Positions 39,408 through 49,415 of a stretch of DNA of 64,000 nucleotides are shown piece after piece. Made by a program: the position numbers and the translations under genes. Origin of the DNA: a virus; the IMG/VR virus record IMGVR_UViG_3300040801_005525, positions 18,838 to 82,837 of that record. The stretch is one strand, 5' to 3'. Under the pieces are notes generated by a model that worked only from the letters and a program-made list of their open reading frames with translations, did no database searches and was not told the DNA's origin. Each line of letters starts with the position of its first letter. Position 1 is the stretch's first letter.

Positions 39408-39988
39408 CTCACATCCTCTCTTCGTTGCCGGGCAAGGCGTCTTCGCTCCTCGGCGAGCGCGTCATCGAGCAGCGCCATCACTTCATCGCTCCATCCAAGG
39501 ATCTCCTCATCGGGGAGGTGCGCGAGCTCGGGGTGCCGTGTGCGGTGGTTCTTGAGCACGCGCCCCCTCGTGCAGAAGGTCTGCTTGGGAAAGGGAGGGG
39601 CGAGCTTGGCGTGGTCGCTCAACCCGAGCCGACGGCGCTCCTTGCGCCACTCATCGAGCGTGCCCTGCTGGTGGTTCTCACGCAGCTCCCTGGGAAGCCT
39701 TGGCCGATCGCGCAGCCCGTGCACCCAGTCATCGGCGAAGACCTGCCCCTTGTGGGGAGGGATGGTCCTGGCGAAGCGCGCGAAGAAGTGGGAGAAGTCA
39801 GCCAGGTCAGGCGCCCACCACGGCTCGGGGTCAGGCGGCGTGGAGGTGTCGATCTTCTGGCGCGCGGTGTCGAACGCGTTGATGGCGCACTGCTCCTGCA
39901 AGAGCAGGTACACCAGGACGAAGTGCAGGCCGTTGTGGATGTCTGCGAGCGCGCAGATCTTGACGTCATCGTGCATGGGGCATGTCAC
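39404..39988 (-). CDS. Hypothetical protein
   Basis: 194 aa ORF. Confidence 0.6.
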   Translation of the reverse strand: MTCPMHDDVKICALADIHNGLHFVLVYLLLQEQCAINAFDTARQKIDTSTPPDPEPWWAPDLADFSHFFARFARTIPPHKGQVFADDWVHGLRDRPRLPRELRENHQQGTLDEWRKERRRLGLSDHAKLAPPFPKQTFCTRGRVLKNHRTRHPELAHLPDEEILGWSDEVMALLDDALAEERRRLARQRREDVR

Positions 39989-40220
39989 ATGAGGGAGGAG
40001 TGAGAGTCAGGGCAAGGGCGCGCATCCAGCGCGGGCAAGAAGATGGGCACAGTGATCGACGGCCTCGGCGAGGCTGCACAGCCCGAGGGTCGCAGCGCGG
40101 GACGATTCAGCGAGCTGCTCGAGCACAAAGAGGGTGCGCGCCCAGCGCACATCAGGGCGCCTGTCGATCCATCGCGCAAGCCCTTCGCGCAAGAGTGGCT
40201 CTCTCCAGTGATGTCTCGTG

Positions 40221-41021
40221 TCAATCATCGAACTCTCCCTGTGCCACGAGCAAGAGCAAGTCTCTGTGCTGTTGATGTGCTTCATCGACGGTCAAACACT
40301 GAACTTGTTCCACAAGGCATCCTCCATGCTTTGTGCCCAGGCCACCTCGCCATACAGATGAGCTGTACACGTACACATCACGAGTTCGAGAGGTGAAGGG
40401 GGTGTAGTCACGTGCGTCTCGGACGCATCGAAGCGTGGACACTGTCAGATCACCCACGCGAAACCTCCAACCAGGATATTTGACTCGCGAGAGATCCGCA
40501 GGATCGTGCATCCGCAGCATCGGGGGCTGGCGCTGAGCTCGAGCTTTCACCCATTCAATAAGTCGCACGCTCTTTTCTCTGCCATGGTCTGGACTGCGAA
40601 GCCTCCTACAGAGCGCACATGACCTTTCACACTCACGGCCCGGCACATGCTTGAGATGAAGCACAGCATCAAGGCGCTGAGGTTTCACGAAGACCCTGAT
40701 ATACACGGATGCGCCGCGCTCTTCATCGAACGTCCTAACATCTTCGACGAGTTCCACGGTCACGCCGAGATACGCATCGAGGTAAGGCTCGATGTGTGCG
40801 ATCAACCAGCGAATGGCATCATCACGCTCATCAGACCACGCGATCTCAAGATAGCCCCCGTGCACGTCTCGCTCTTCATCCCACGTCACCTCACAGGTCA
40901 AGACATCCAGGCCCTGCCCACCACACGCATGCATGAGCGCCTGCCTGACCTGCATCGCATCTACAGACGTGACAACATAGGGCACGTTATCGATGACCTT
41001 CACGATACGCTTCACACCCAC
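40221..41021 (-). CDS. Hypothetical protein
   Basis: 266 aa ORF in a coupled array. Confidence 0.55.
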   Translation of the reverse strand: MGVKRIVKVIDNVPYVVTSVDAMQVRQALMHACGGQGLDVLTCEVTWDEERDVHGGYLEIAWSDERDDAIRWLIAHIEPYLDAYLGVTVELVEDVRTFDEERGASVYIRVFVKPQRLDAVLHLKHVPGRECERSCALCRRLRSPDHGREKSVRLIEWVKARAQRQPPMLRMHDPADLSRVKYPGWRFRVGDLTVSTLRCVRDARDYTPFTSRTRDVYVYSSSVWRGGLGTKHGGCLVEQVQCLTVDEAHQQHRDLLLLVAQGEFDD

Positions 41022-41551
41022 CCTCCCCGCTCACAAGCCTCGCCGCTGACACGCCTTCGCATCCACGCGATCGCGCGCCCATCACACTCCACCTTTCGAA
41101 GGGTGGTGCAGCGATGCCTCGCGAGGAATCCCTTGATGCCCTCGACCCATTCGCCTGGCGTCTCGTCATAGAAGATCGAGCCCCCACCCACGTACTCGAT
41201 GCACTCGTGGGAGAGGCCTATCCCCTCCTCTTCGCCGTTGATGACCACGCAGGACGAACCAGACACAGACTCATCCTCGGGCCACCACGTCACGTCGAAC
41301 GGGATGCCACGACGCACCGCGTCGATGAGGAGCTCGCACACGATGGCGAGCTCGCGCTCTGCTGCGCTCTGTGGCCAGGGCGTGCAGGTACGCCAAGGGG
41401 TGGGGAAGGTCGCACATCTGCCATCCCACGCATGCCCACATACCTGGAGTCGTGCACACCGCATGACCACGGCGTCACGAGGGCAGGGTTGAGGCACAGG
41501 TTCACTCAGCACACCACAGTCCCCTTGAATGCGACACACTACCCCCATCAC
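41012..41551 (-). CDS. Hypothetical protein
   Basis: AAGGAGGAG RBS. Confidence 0.55.
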   Translation of the reverse strand: MMGVVCRIQGDCGVLSEPVPQPCPRDAVVMRCARLQVCGHAWDGRCATFPTPWRTCTPWPQSAAERELAIVCELLIDAVRRGIPFDVTWWPEDESVSGSSCVVINGEEEGIGLSHECIEYVGGGSIFYDETPGEWVEGIKGFLARHRCTTLRKVECDGRAIAWMRRRVSGEACERGGWV

Positions 41552-41973
41552 TCCTCCTTCACGCTCGACAAAGAACCCGACTCGGGCCTCTCCTTGTGAG
41601 CACGAACCATTGCCTCATAGCGCGCAATGACTTTCTCCCTGGTACCGTTGTCCTCCAAACCCCGAAGCGTCACAAACTTCCTGGCGTGCCACCACGCTAC
41701 CCAGGACATCAGCAATGCGAACCCAACGCAAATCAATGTCGAGATGAGCCTTGCTGTATGGTTGGGCGCAAAGGGACACACCACAAGCCCGGCTACCCAT
41801 AGGATCAGAGCAAAGAGGCTCGCAAAGATCATGTCTCCAGCAAGACCCCCCTCCCATCCGATCCACCAACGCACCCACCACACCGGATGGACCTGACGCG
41901 CTGTGTCGAGAGCCACCCCGCGCTCGAGCTTCTTGAGGCGCCTTGTCGTGCGCCATGCCTGCCACAAATTCAC
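41548..41973 (-). CDS. 2-TM membrane protein
   Basis: GTG start with GGAGG RBS; two hydrophobic helices. Confidence 0.6.
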   Translation of the reverse strand: MNLWQAWRTTRRLKKLERGVALDTARQVHPVWWVRWWIGWEGGLAGDMIFASLFALILWVAGLVVCPFAPNHTARLISTLICVGFALLMSWVAWWHARKFVTLRGLEDNGTREKVIARYEAMVRAHKERPESGSLSSVKEE

Positions 41974-42424
41974 TCTTCCTCCTTGATGTGTTCGAGCTCG
42001 CCGCACGCTGTCTCATGCGTCGCAGCGTGAAGGTGTTCGTTATGCTCCTGATTCTGCTCTTGTTTCAGAACCTTCGCGTTCCTCTTTCTTCCTCGGGAGC
42101 GTGGCCTGTCCCGACTCCTCCTTTTCTTTCGTCGTGTCGCCATCTATTCCTCCTCTCGATAGGCGAGGATCGTCCTGTGCGTCTCCTCGCTCGATGTATC
42201 AGGAGTCACCTCGGCGTGCTCATCGAGCACCTCACGGGGACTCGCACTCATGACCTCCCAGGGATCGGTCGCATAGCGTGCGGTGACATACTCGGGCGTG
42301 ATGCTCAGCTCGGCGCTCGGCCAGCGCCTCGCCATGTACGCCACCACGGCCTCTTGCGAGGTACACAGGGCAAGGAGCCCACCCTCCCGCGTCGCCGAGT
42401 TGTAGACAGTCACAGGCCAGATCT

Positions 42425-42925
42425 TCACATCCCCTCCTCGATCTGCACGAGCACGGGCTGTCGTGTCACAGGGCACATCGTGTAGTGCGTATGCGGCATG
42501 GGCACATGACCGAGCAACGCGAACACCTCGAGGTCTGAGTGATCCTCACCACATCGCGCGCAGCATCGAATGCCCATCTTGTGCGTGGCAACGGGCATCT
42601 TGTGCACCTCGGGCAACTTCATGTGGTCGATCAACTGCCCGCCACGCTCCCTGATGTACCCCATCATGAGGGTGGCGAGCCCTCCTGACATGGCCGCACG
42701 ACTCAGAGGCTCTGGCGGATGAGGCTCGATGCGCGCGATGAGCTCGAGCGCATCGCGCATTCTGTTGATGCAGGAAGCCACCTCCTGCCACGCGAGCTCG
42801 ACCTGGTCACTCGTCTTGGGCCACAACCGGCTCTTGGTCTTGAAGCCGCACGCCGTGCACTGGCTATCCCCATCAGGGCGCCTCTCCATCACGATCTGGT
42901 CACTCCCACACTCCGGACAATTCAT
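42425..42925 (-). CDS. Zn-ribbon hypothetical protein
   Basis: CPECG..CTACG and a second C/H cluster. Confidence 0.6.
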   Translation of the reverse strand: MNCPECGSDQIVMERRPDGDSQCTACGFKTKSRLWPKTSDQVELAWQEVASCINRMRDALELIARIEPHPPEPLSRAAMSGGLATLMMGYIRERGGQLIDHMKLPEVHKMPVATHKMGIRCCARCGEDHSDLEVFALLGHVPMPHTHYTMCPVTRQPVLVQIEEGM

Positions 42926-43320
42926 GCGGTCTTCTCCTCTTCCATGTCTTTCCCGAGCCCTTCCTCGAGCTGTTCAATGACCCGTGAGAGCGTCCAGTGC
43001 GCCTCTTTGAGATCTTGCAGCGCGCCCTTCCCGCCTGAGCGCTTACCAAGGCACAAGAGCTTCTTGATGGCATGCGCCACGCCATAGTCTGTCACGTGAT
43101 AGGCCGCGCACACGTCGTACACATCGATCTGCACGCCACGAATGATCTTGTTGTACGGGTTCTGCTTCTTTGCCCGGTCGATGTCGAACCCCACAGGGGC
43201 AGGCTGTGCAGGCACCGCTTCCGCGAACAAGGGGCGGTTGCATTGATGACACACCTCACCCTCCTCGCCCATCAAGGGCGGCGCGCCGCACCCCGCGCAA
43301 CGGATCTTGAACTCACTCAT
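42922..43320 (-). CDS. Zn-ribbon plus DUF3310/T7 gp1.7-like domain
   Basis: IDVYDV..HAIKKLLCLGKRSGGKGALQDLKEA. Confidence 0.6.
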   Translation of the reverse strand: MSEFKIRCAGCGAPPLMGEEGEVCHQCNRPLFAEAVPAQPAPVGFDIDRAKKQNPYNKIIRGVQIDVYDVCAAYHVTDYGVAHAIKKLLCLGKRSGGKGALQDLKEAHWTLSRVIEQLEEGLGKDMEEEKTA

Positions 43321-43709
43321 CCCTTCACCTTTCCAAAGATCGTCCTGTCATCGATGTCTTGAGCTGCAAACCAGTCTCGAAGACGCCCTGCTGACGCACA
43401 CGAGAGGGGCGCGTGGAGCTTGAAGCACCCGCTCACGAGCTCCATCGTGAATGCCACCCCCTCCCCCACCTGCACCCGGCGCATCACGAGCACGTCCCCG
43501 TTGCCAAGTGGGAGCTTGATCTCGCCCTCGGGCTGGGGCGCAAGCCAGGGCTCAGGGTCATACGTGAACCCGTGTGGGAGGTTCAGCCTGGCGAGCGCTT
43601 GCGCGGGGGTCTCCCAGAGGTGATCACACGCGCTGCATTCACAGTGCATCTCATGGTCGTGGTCCCCCACCGCCCCACACTCTGGGCATGTCATCATGTG
43701 CGGAGTCAT
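43317..43709 (-). CDS. Zn-ribbon hypothetical protein
   Basis: CPECG..CSACDH. Confidence 0.55.
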   Translation of the reverse strand: MTPHMMTCPECGAVGDHDHEMHCECSACDHLWETPAQALARLNLPHGFTYDPEPWLAPQPEGEIKLPLGNGDVLVMRRVQVGEGVAFTMELVSGCFKLHAPLSCASAGRLRDWFAAQDIDDRTIFGKVKG

Positions 43710-43939
43710 GCACTATCCCTCGCTGAGCCTTCGAAACTCTGCCTTGAATGCCAAGAAATCGAACGCCTCCTTGGTCTTGTCTGGATGCACGACGAGTACG
43801 CCTGTCATCGTGAACTTGAGCCGGGTGAGACACGTCGTGATGTAGATGAACCTTTCGATCACCACGCGCTCTCCCGTACTCCTGCACTCGTACTCCCCAC
43901 CCTCCTCGAGGAAGTTCAAGGGATCTGGCACACCGCGAT

Positions 43940-45181
43940 TCATGCATCCTCCCTGGGCGGGCACATCGCCCTGAACCCCTTGCAGGGCTCGAAGCGACAC
44001 GCCACGTCATGGAGCGTCACGTGCTTGCCGCGCGCCATGTCCATCACGACAGGGAGAAGCTCAGCGTGCGCCTCCTTGCACCTGAGCGCGAGGCCCTTGA
44101 AGTAGTCATGATCGCGTGGCGCATCACCCCACAGAGTGTCCCAGCGAAGGAGCATGCCTCCCGCACACGCTTTCAAGCCCGTCACGCCGATCTTCCACAC
44201 CTTGAACGCCTCGAAGTGCGCGGCGTACTCCGCCATGAGCTCCTCCTCGTGCAACCCCTGCTCGAGCAGGTAGGTCTTGAACGCCTCCCATGTGTCGAGC
44301 TGGGCGTTCCAGCACGTCTCCACCACGCGCTTGTAGGAGCAGTCGAACTTGAGCGCATGCATGCGCACGTAGGCTTGCGTCTTGACCTTGACCCGGTGCA
44401 CGACCTCGCCGTTTTGCTCGAGCTGCACGACGAGCCCCTCGTGCAAGCCGCTCTTCATCTCGACTGAAAAGATGGCATCCTCGATGCTGCCGCTGTAACG
44501 CTCGGGCAAGGGAAGGGCGAGGTGCACGCTCAACCCCTCCATCGCCTCAAAGCCCATGTAGTGACCCCATGGATGCTCGGCGTCAGGGTGCACATAGACG
44601 GCATGGAGCACGAGCCCCGTCAACTGCCCGTAGCGCGTGATGATCCTGTTCTCGGGGTGAATGAGCTCACAGATGAGCGTCTTGCCGTACACGTACCTGG
44701 GGTCGAGCGCGCTCGCGTCATGCGAGGTGAGGATCGCGCGCGCCGCTTCCACGAAGCTCCACCCGGTCAAACCCTGTGTGCCCTCCCCTGCCCCGCGTGT
44801 GGCGAGCAGCACCTCTCCCTCATGCTCGAAGATCTGGATCATCGTGCCATCGAGCTTCTCGCAGAGCACGGCCTGGGCGCCCTCGTCGAGCAGGGTGTCG
44901 TGCAGGGTCGTGGCCGCCTGATGCAGCCCCAGGTTGTACATCTTGACGAGCGGGAGGCTCACCACGCGGTAGGGATCGCGCGCGTACACGATGCCCTTTG
45001 AGAGCAGCTCGTGAGGCTTCGCTGGCTCGGGGAGTTGCGGGCCACAGGTCGCCACGATCAGGCCATGGGCCATCTCGCGCTTCTTGATGCGGGGATCGGC
45101 GTCGATCTCGCGGAGCACACCGTGAGGGCACTCGGTCAAGGTCCTGAGCAGGTAGGGGATGTGCAGGGGGTGGAAGTCCAT
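43940..45181 (-). CDS. T4 Rnl1-like RNA ligase
   Basis: KMYN, EKLDGTM (motif I), ATRG, ELIHPENRII, EGLVV, RVKVK. Confidence 0.85.
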   Translation of the reverse strand: MDFHPLHIPYLLRTLTECPHGVLREIDADPRIKKREMAHGLIVATCGPQLPEPAKPHELLSKGIVYARDPYRVVSLPLVKMYNLGLHQAATTLHDTLLDEGAQAVLCEKLDGTMIQIFEHEGEVLLATRGAGEGTQGLTGWSFVEAARAILTSHDASALDPRYVYGKTLICELIHPENRIITRYGQLTGLVLHAVYVHPDAEHPWGHYMGFEAMEGLSVHLALPLPERYSGSIEDAIFSVEMKSGLHEGLVVQLEQNGEVVHRVKVKTQAYVRMHALKFDCSYKRVVETCWNAQLDTWEAFKTYLLEQGLHEEELMAEYAAHFEAFKVWKIGVTGLKACAGGMLLRWDTLWGDAPRDHDYFKGLALRCKEAHAELLPVVMDMARGKHVTLHDVACRFEPCKGFRAMCPPREDA

Positions 45182-45245
45182 GATGACCGTGGTGTAAGTG
45201 GGAGGGGGTGTGGGGGGGTGGGGTTCTTTTTTCTTGTCAGGGGAT

Positions 45246-47666
45246 TTAGCGCTTGCGCTGCTGCTTTCTCGCCTGTCTGGCTTTTCTCTTCTTCTCCCGA
45301 CGCTTCCTCTTCCTGTTCGAGCCATGGAGCGCGCAGTCAACTCTGGCGATCTGCTCACGGTGTGCGCCGAGCGTCTCGAGGCCCTTCGCCACGCTCGAAA
45401 GCGCCGCAGAGAACGCCTCGCCGATGGAGGGGATGCGCTCATCCCCTGTCCTGTCCTGGGGGATGGGTTCGACGCGCTCCATGTGATCGAGGGCAGCCAT
45501 GATGCGTCTCCCGGTATCGGTGATGGCCGGGGTCATGAGCGCACGCTGGGTCATGATCCTGTGTGGGCCTGGCTGACGGAGCTTGGCGAACGCGTTCCCC
45601 AGCGCAGTGACCTGGTCGTTTGTGCGTGTGGAGGTGTCAGCGAGCACCTGACTCATCCGGGCTGCGTCTTCCTCGGAGATGGGGTTGGCGAGATGGCGAA
45701 GTCGCGCTATGGGGTCATCACTCCCGGGCGGAGTCTGGATGCCCACACTCACAAAGGAGGGGCCAGCAACACGCCCCTGGATGTACCTGACCCCCTCCTC
45801 GTTGAGCTTCACCTCGGCGCTCATGCCATGCTCATCCTGGCGCACACTCGTCACCTCACCAAGCGGTTCTCCCTGCCCGTTGAGCTGCCTGACGACTCGA
45901 GGATGCTCTCGAGAGCCATCCAGATGAAGGATGTCCACCTCATCACCGGGCTCGACATGGTGGGCACGTCCTGCGACGCCACGAAGCTCGAAGGTGCCTT
46001 GTTCGGGGTCGAGTCGGCAGAAGAACACCTGCCCCTGTGCGCTCACGAACTCCAGCTCGTCTTTGGCAAGCTCTTGCGAGCTTCGTATATCGGCGCCGAG
46101 CATGGCCCCGTGGACATCGAGCGTCGTCCCCTCACCCACGCGCACCTCGGTGATGCGTGCCTCGGCAAGTCGCCTCGCCCTGGTTAGCGCGAGCGCCGCG
46201 AGTGAGGAAGTGTCATGGGCGTGCGTGGCCTCCAGATAGGTGCCTTCGACCTCATCCTCGTCGAAGACATACACGCCAGGCAGAGGACGGTCCGCTCTTG
46301 TCAGCTGCTCGACATGCATGTCCGGACCCGAAGCAAAATCAAGGTCACAGGTCAGGGGCTCGTCGCCATCGATCACGTCGCGCAAAGCATGTGCATAGGC
46401 TCGTGCCGATGCCTCGCGTTGCTCTGAAGACGAGGGCAACTTTGGCCCAACCTCATCCCACACGAGCCGGTGATGCATATCGAGAGGCGTGGTCCGCAGA
46501 TCCGTTTTATCCTGAACATAAAGCTCCAGGAGGAGGAGGCGGCGCAGCGGTGCAAGATGATCTCGACACTGTATGAACGCACGACCTGGTCTTGTGCCGA
46601 ACAGGCGGATCAGGTGTGCATCGCTCACGCGCTCTCGCACCGTATCGATGAGCAGGTCGGTCAGGTCGCGCAGATGTCCATTGCGACGAAACAGGCGCAC
46701 ACCAAGCGCCTCGAACTCACGAGTGAGAGGAGAACTCGGGGTGATGCCGAGGAACCTCTTATGGGCATCTCGCCACACACCTCTGAGCGAGCGCCCGTGA
46801 CGTCCCATGTCAGCAAGCGCGCCCATCAACACCCCTGCACCCTCCGCGCTGTCTGCAAGAGGCGCAACGCCCACATCGCTGCGCTCAAAGACATCGACCA
46901 TCTCCTCGGTTGAGATGTTCGCCCCCCTCGAGATGATGTCGATGACGCGGCGCTCATGCGCAAGGGATCTGGCAGGGCTCACGTGCTCTCTTACATCGAG
47001 CTCTTGGGCACGCACTGGAATTCCGCTGTGCAGAAGCGCGGCGTGCAAATGTCCCGCCATGGCATCGTCAGGGCTGTGCCAGGTCGAACCCATGGCACGC
47101 ACGGTGAGCATACGTCCCTCGTCCCATCCATCGAGTTCATTCATGATGGCCTTGATGCGTGTCACCACAGCGAGCGGCACATAGCCATGGTGAGTCACCT
47201 CACCTGCGCCCTCCATGAACGCGAGGCCATCGCGTGTCTCGACGATGTCCACGGGCAGCCGGCCCGACCTGGTCATCGAGGCGCCCTGAAGCTCACACGC
47301 ATCCCAGACATCGAGCACCTCACGACGACCACGGGGGAGGTTCGAACCCGTGCTTTCGGCCTCGGCGCGTGCGCTCCGCACCTCTCCGGCGAGCTGCGCG
47401 ATCACCCCATCGAGGCTCGCGCAGGCACACACCTGACCATCCTGACCTGTGACCTGCCATGCCCCTTCCGACACGGACACCGTGCAGCTGCGCCGGGCAG
47501 GCAGGGCGAGGCGCGCCCACATCTCACCTGTGTCGGCGAGGTAGGGGTCATCCTTCCTGCGCGCGAGCCGGTGCGCTTGCCACGAGACGAGCAGCGCGGG
47601 AAGCCTCGTGAGCAGGTCATCGAACAGGAGCGCGTCACGCTCATGATGTGTGGGGTCACAGGTCAA
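45246..47666 (-). CDS. 806-aa mosaic protein with degenerate tape-measure and prohead-protease fragments
   Basis: Segments align by eye with this phage's TMP and protease (see findings); basic C-terminal tail. Confidence 0.7.
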   Translation of the reverse strand: MTCDPTHHERDALLFDDLLTRLPALLVSWQAHRLARRKDDPYLADTGEMWARLALPARRSCTVSVSEGAWQVTGQDGQVCACASLDGVIAQLAGEVRSARAEAESTGSNLPRGRREVLDVWDACELQGASMTRSGRLPVDIVETRDGLAFMEGAGEVTHHGYVPLAVVTRIKAIMNELDGWDEGRMLTVRAMGSTWHSPDDAMAGHLHAALLHSGIPVRAQELDVREHVSPARSLAHERRVIDIISRGANISTEEMVDVFERSDVGVAPLADSAEGAGVLMGALADMGRHGRSLRGVWRDAHKRFLGITPSSPLTREFEALGVRLFRRNGHLRDLTDLLIDTVRERVSDAHLIRLFGTRPGRAFIQCRDHLAPLRRLLLLELYVQDKTDLRTTPLDMHHRLVWDEVGPKLPSSSEQREASARAYAHALRDVIDGDEPLTCDLDFASGPDMHVEQLTRADRPLPGVYVFDEDEVEGTYLEATHAHDTSSLAALALTRARRLAEARITEVRVGEGTTLDVHGAMLGADIRSSQELAKDELEFVSAQGQVFFCRLDPEQGTFELRGVAGRAHHVEPGDEVDILHLDGSREHPRVVRQLNGQGEPLGEVTSVRQDEHGMSAEVKLNEEGVRYIQGRVAGPSFVSVGIQTPPGSDDPIARLRHLANPISEEDAARMSQVLADTSTRTNDQVTALGNAFAKLRQPGPHRIMTQRALMTPAITDTGRRIMAALDHMERVEPIPQDRTGDERIPSIGEAFSAALSSVAKGLETLGAHREQIARVDCALHGSNRKRKRREKKRKARQARKQQRKR

Positions 47667-48085
47667 AAGAGCTCCTCGAGTTCATCATCGAGTGCCGCAC
47701 CAAAGGTCTGATCCCACAACCAGCCATCACGTTCTTCGTCCTCTCGCTCGATACGATCGCGGTGCGTGGAAGGATGATCCTCCTCGGCGAGTTCAAAGCT
47801 CACATACCGAAACCCGCGCGTGACGCGTTGTGTTCCAGGGTCGAAGGGCTCCTCGAAGACGACCGCGTCGATGCACTCCCACTCGATGCGGCCAAGCTCG
47901 ACATACTTGATCTCGGCACACCCGACGACCATGCCATCGAGTTGGAAGAAGATGAGGTCGCCCGGGTGGACGCCCCTGGGCAGTCGGCCCATCTCCCACC
48001 ATGCGTAACCCTCATCGGGCTCGAGCTTGTCCTCGATCAGATGGGTGCCCTCGTCTTTCGGGCAGATGACACAGATGTCACTCAT
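47663..48085 (-). CDS. ASCH/PUA-like domain protein
   Basis: PGDLIFFQLDGMVVGCAEI..RGFRYV. Confidence 0.5.
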   Translation of the reverse strand: MSDICVICPKDEGTHLIEDKLEPDEGYAWWEMGRLPRGVHPGDLIFFQLDGMVVGCAEIKYVELGRIEWECIDAVVFEEPFDPGTQRVTRGFRYVSFELAEEDHPSTHRDRIEREDEERDGWLWDQTFGAALDDELEELF

Positions 48086-48348
48086 CGCTCCTCTCCTCTC
48101 TTGCTGTCAGGTGGAAAGTCCTCGTCATCGCGCACGTTGCGCGCCGCCAGAAACCACGTCATCGTCCACAGCCATGTCATGGCGGCGAGCAGGAAAGTGA
48201 GCACAGCCCAGATGAGCCATGAGGTCACGTGCGCATAGACGAGCAGCCCCGTGCCGACGAACACGGGCACAGCACTCACACACGTCACGCCGAGACTCAC
48301 GCTCCGGCGCACGAACTCCCTTGTCTCCTCGTTGGTCATCGTCTCCAC
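48082..48348 (-). CDS. Small membrane protein
   Basis: 2 TM helices; AAGGA RBS. Confidence 0.55.
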   Translation of the reverse strand: METMTNEETREFVRRSVSLGVTCVSAVPVFVGTGLLVYAHVTSWLIWAVLTFLLAAMTWLWTMTWFLAARNVRDDEDFPPDSKRGEER

Positions 48349-48357
48349 GTCCTTCTT

Positions 48358-48549
48358 TCAGCCCTGTTCACGGTAGCGCCTGTGCAGCGCGCCAAAGGTC
48401 CATATCCACGCCAGACACAGGCAAGAGAGGATCCCGGTGCCAAGCAACGAGCATAGCCAGTGCAGATCGAATCTCGCTACAAAGAGCGCACACAACATGC
48501 CCACAGGCAACGTCTCCATGTAGGCGTACAGCCATGCTCGCCAACTCAT
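48358..48549 (-). CDS. Small membrane protein
   Basis: ATGA-coupled; 2 TM helices. Confidence 0.5.
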   Translation of the reverse strand: MSWRAWLYAYMETLPVGMLCALFVARFDLHWLCSLLGTGILSCLCLAWIWTFGALHRRYREQG

Positions 48550-49019
48550 GCCATCTTCCCTTCTAGCCTCGCCCTGAGCACCGGATCCACGACATCCTGT
48601 CCCTCGGCTATCCCGAGCACAGCTCTGTACCTCGCGATGAACCCCGCGAGCACACGGCGTGGGTCATCCGAGTCCGCACACGCGGCGAGGATGTCCCCGT
48701 GACACGCCTGTGGCGCGCAAAAGCACGCGAGCAGCTGGCCGCGCAGCTCATGGACTTCATCGATCAGGCCCGTGCGCTTCACATGCTCACAGTAGGGCCA
48801 CAGGCACCTCGCCTCGCTCACCGGCGTACGCGGCTTCTCGAGGGGGAAGGGGTTTCCCCAACGGGTCGGGCGCCCTCCCCTACCGCGTCCGATGTAGAGA
48901 TGTGACGCCTTCTCGTGGCGCGCCCTATGAACCGTGGTGACGCGTGTGGCCTCTTGCGGCACACAGGCGGCGCACGCTCGAGACGCGTGAGCCGTCACGT
49001 TGACCTGCTCGGTGCTCAT
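48546..49019 (-). CDS. DUF4326-family protein
   Basis: YIGRG..WGNPF..ELRGQLLACFCAPQACHGDIL. Confidence 0.85.
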   Translation of the reverse strand: MSTEQVNVTAHASRACAACVPQEATRVTTVHRARHEKASHLYIGRGRGGRPTRWGNPFPLEKPRTPVSEARCLWPYCEHVKRTGLIDEVHELRGQLLACFCAPQACHGDILAACADSDDPRRVLAGFIARYRAVLGIAEGQDVVDPVLRARLEGKMA

Positions 49020-49057
49020 GATGGATGCTCCGTATGTGCTTGAAATTCACAGGGATC

Positions 49058-49145
49058 ATTCGATCAAAATCAGCCCTGTGTGTCAATGATGAACTGAGCA
49101 TAATGCTCAGTTTACACAGAGTTCACACTGTAAATGATTTACAGT
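49058..49145 (-). promoter_or_regulatory. Middle promoter 1 with two upstream palindromes
   Basis: TTGACA-17 nt-TCGAAT (49086-49058); AACTGAGCAT-A-ATGCTCAGTT (49092-49112); ACTGTAAAT-G-ATTTACAGT (49127-49145). Confidence 0.75.
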
Positions 49146-49415
49146 ATGTGTAAGCCTTGCAAAGCCCTGTATCGCCTCCCGAACGCGATGCACATCATCC
49201 CAAGGCAGCGCTCGAACCAGCTCGAGCTCGATCCCTGGACACCTCGCGAGCACCGTCTCGACAAACTCCTCGACCTCCTCGAAGGTGTTCATCAGAAACA
49301 CCTCCCCTTCCCTCCCATCGCGCAGCGCCATGAGCGCCTCCTTGCCCTGAAGGATCACGCCATCAGGGGTGAGGAACGCGCTGATCGTGCTCCTGAGCTC
49401 ACCACCCTGCATCAT
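49107..49415 (-). CDS. Hypothetical protein
   Basis: AGGAGG RBS; stop lies inside the palindrome. Confidence 0.55.
   Translation of the reverse strand: MMQGGELRSTISAFLTPDGVILQGKEALMALRDGREGEVFLMNTFEEVEEFVETVLARCPGIELELVRALPWDDVHRVREAIQGFARLTHTVNHLQCELCVN

Noticed and set aside
39404-39988. Similarity of PWWAPDLADF to the chaperone extension PYWITELADI
   Set aside because: Too short to support homology by eye.
45246-47666. Second functional tape measure or second tail operon
   Set aside because: Only short, out-of-order fragments mixed with protease-like sequence; no adjacent tail genes.
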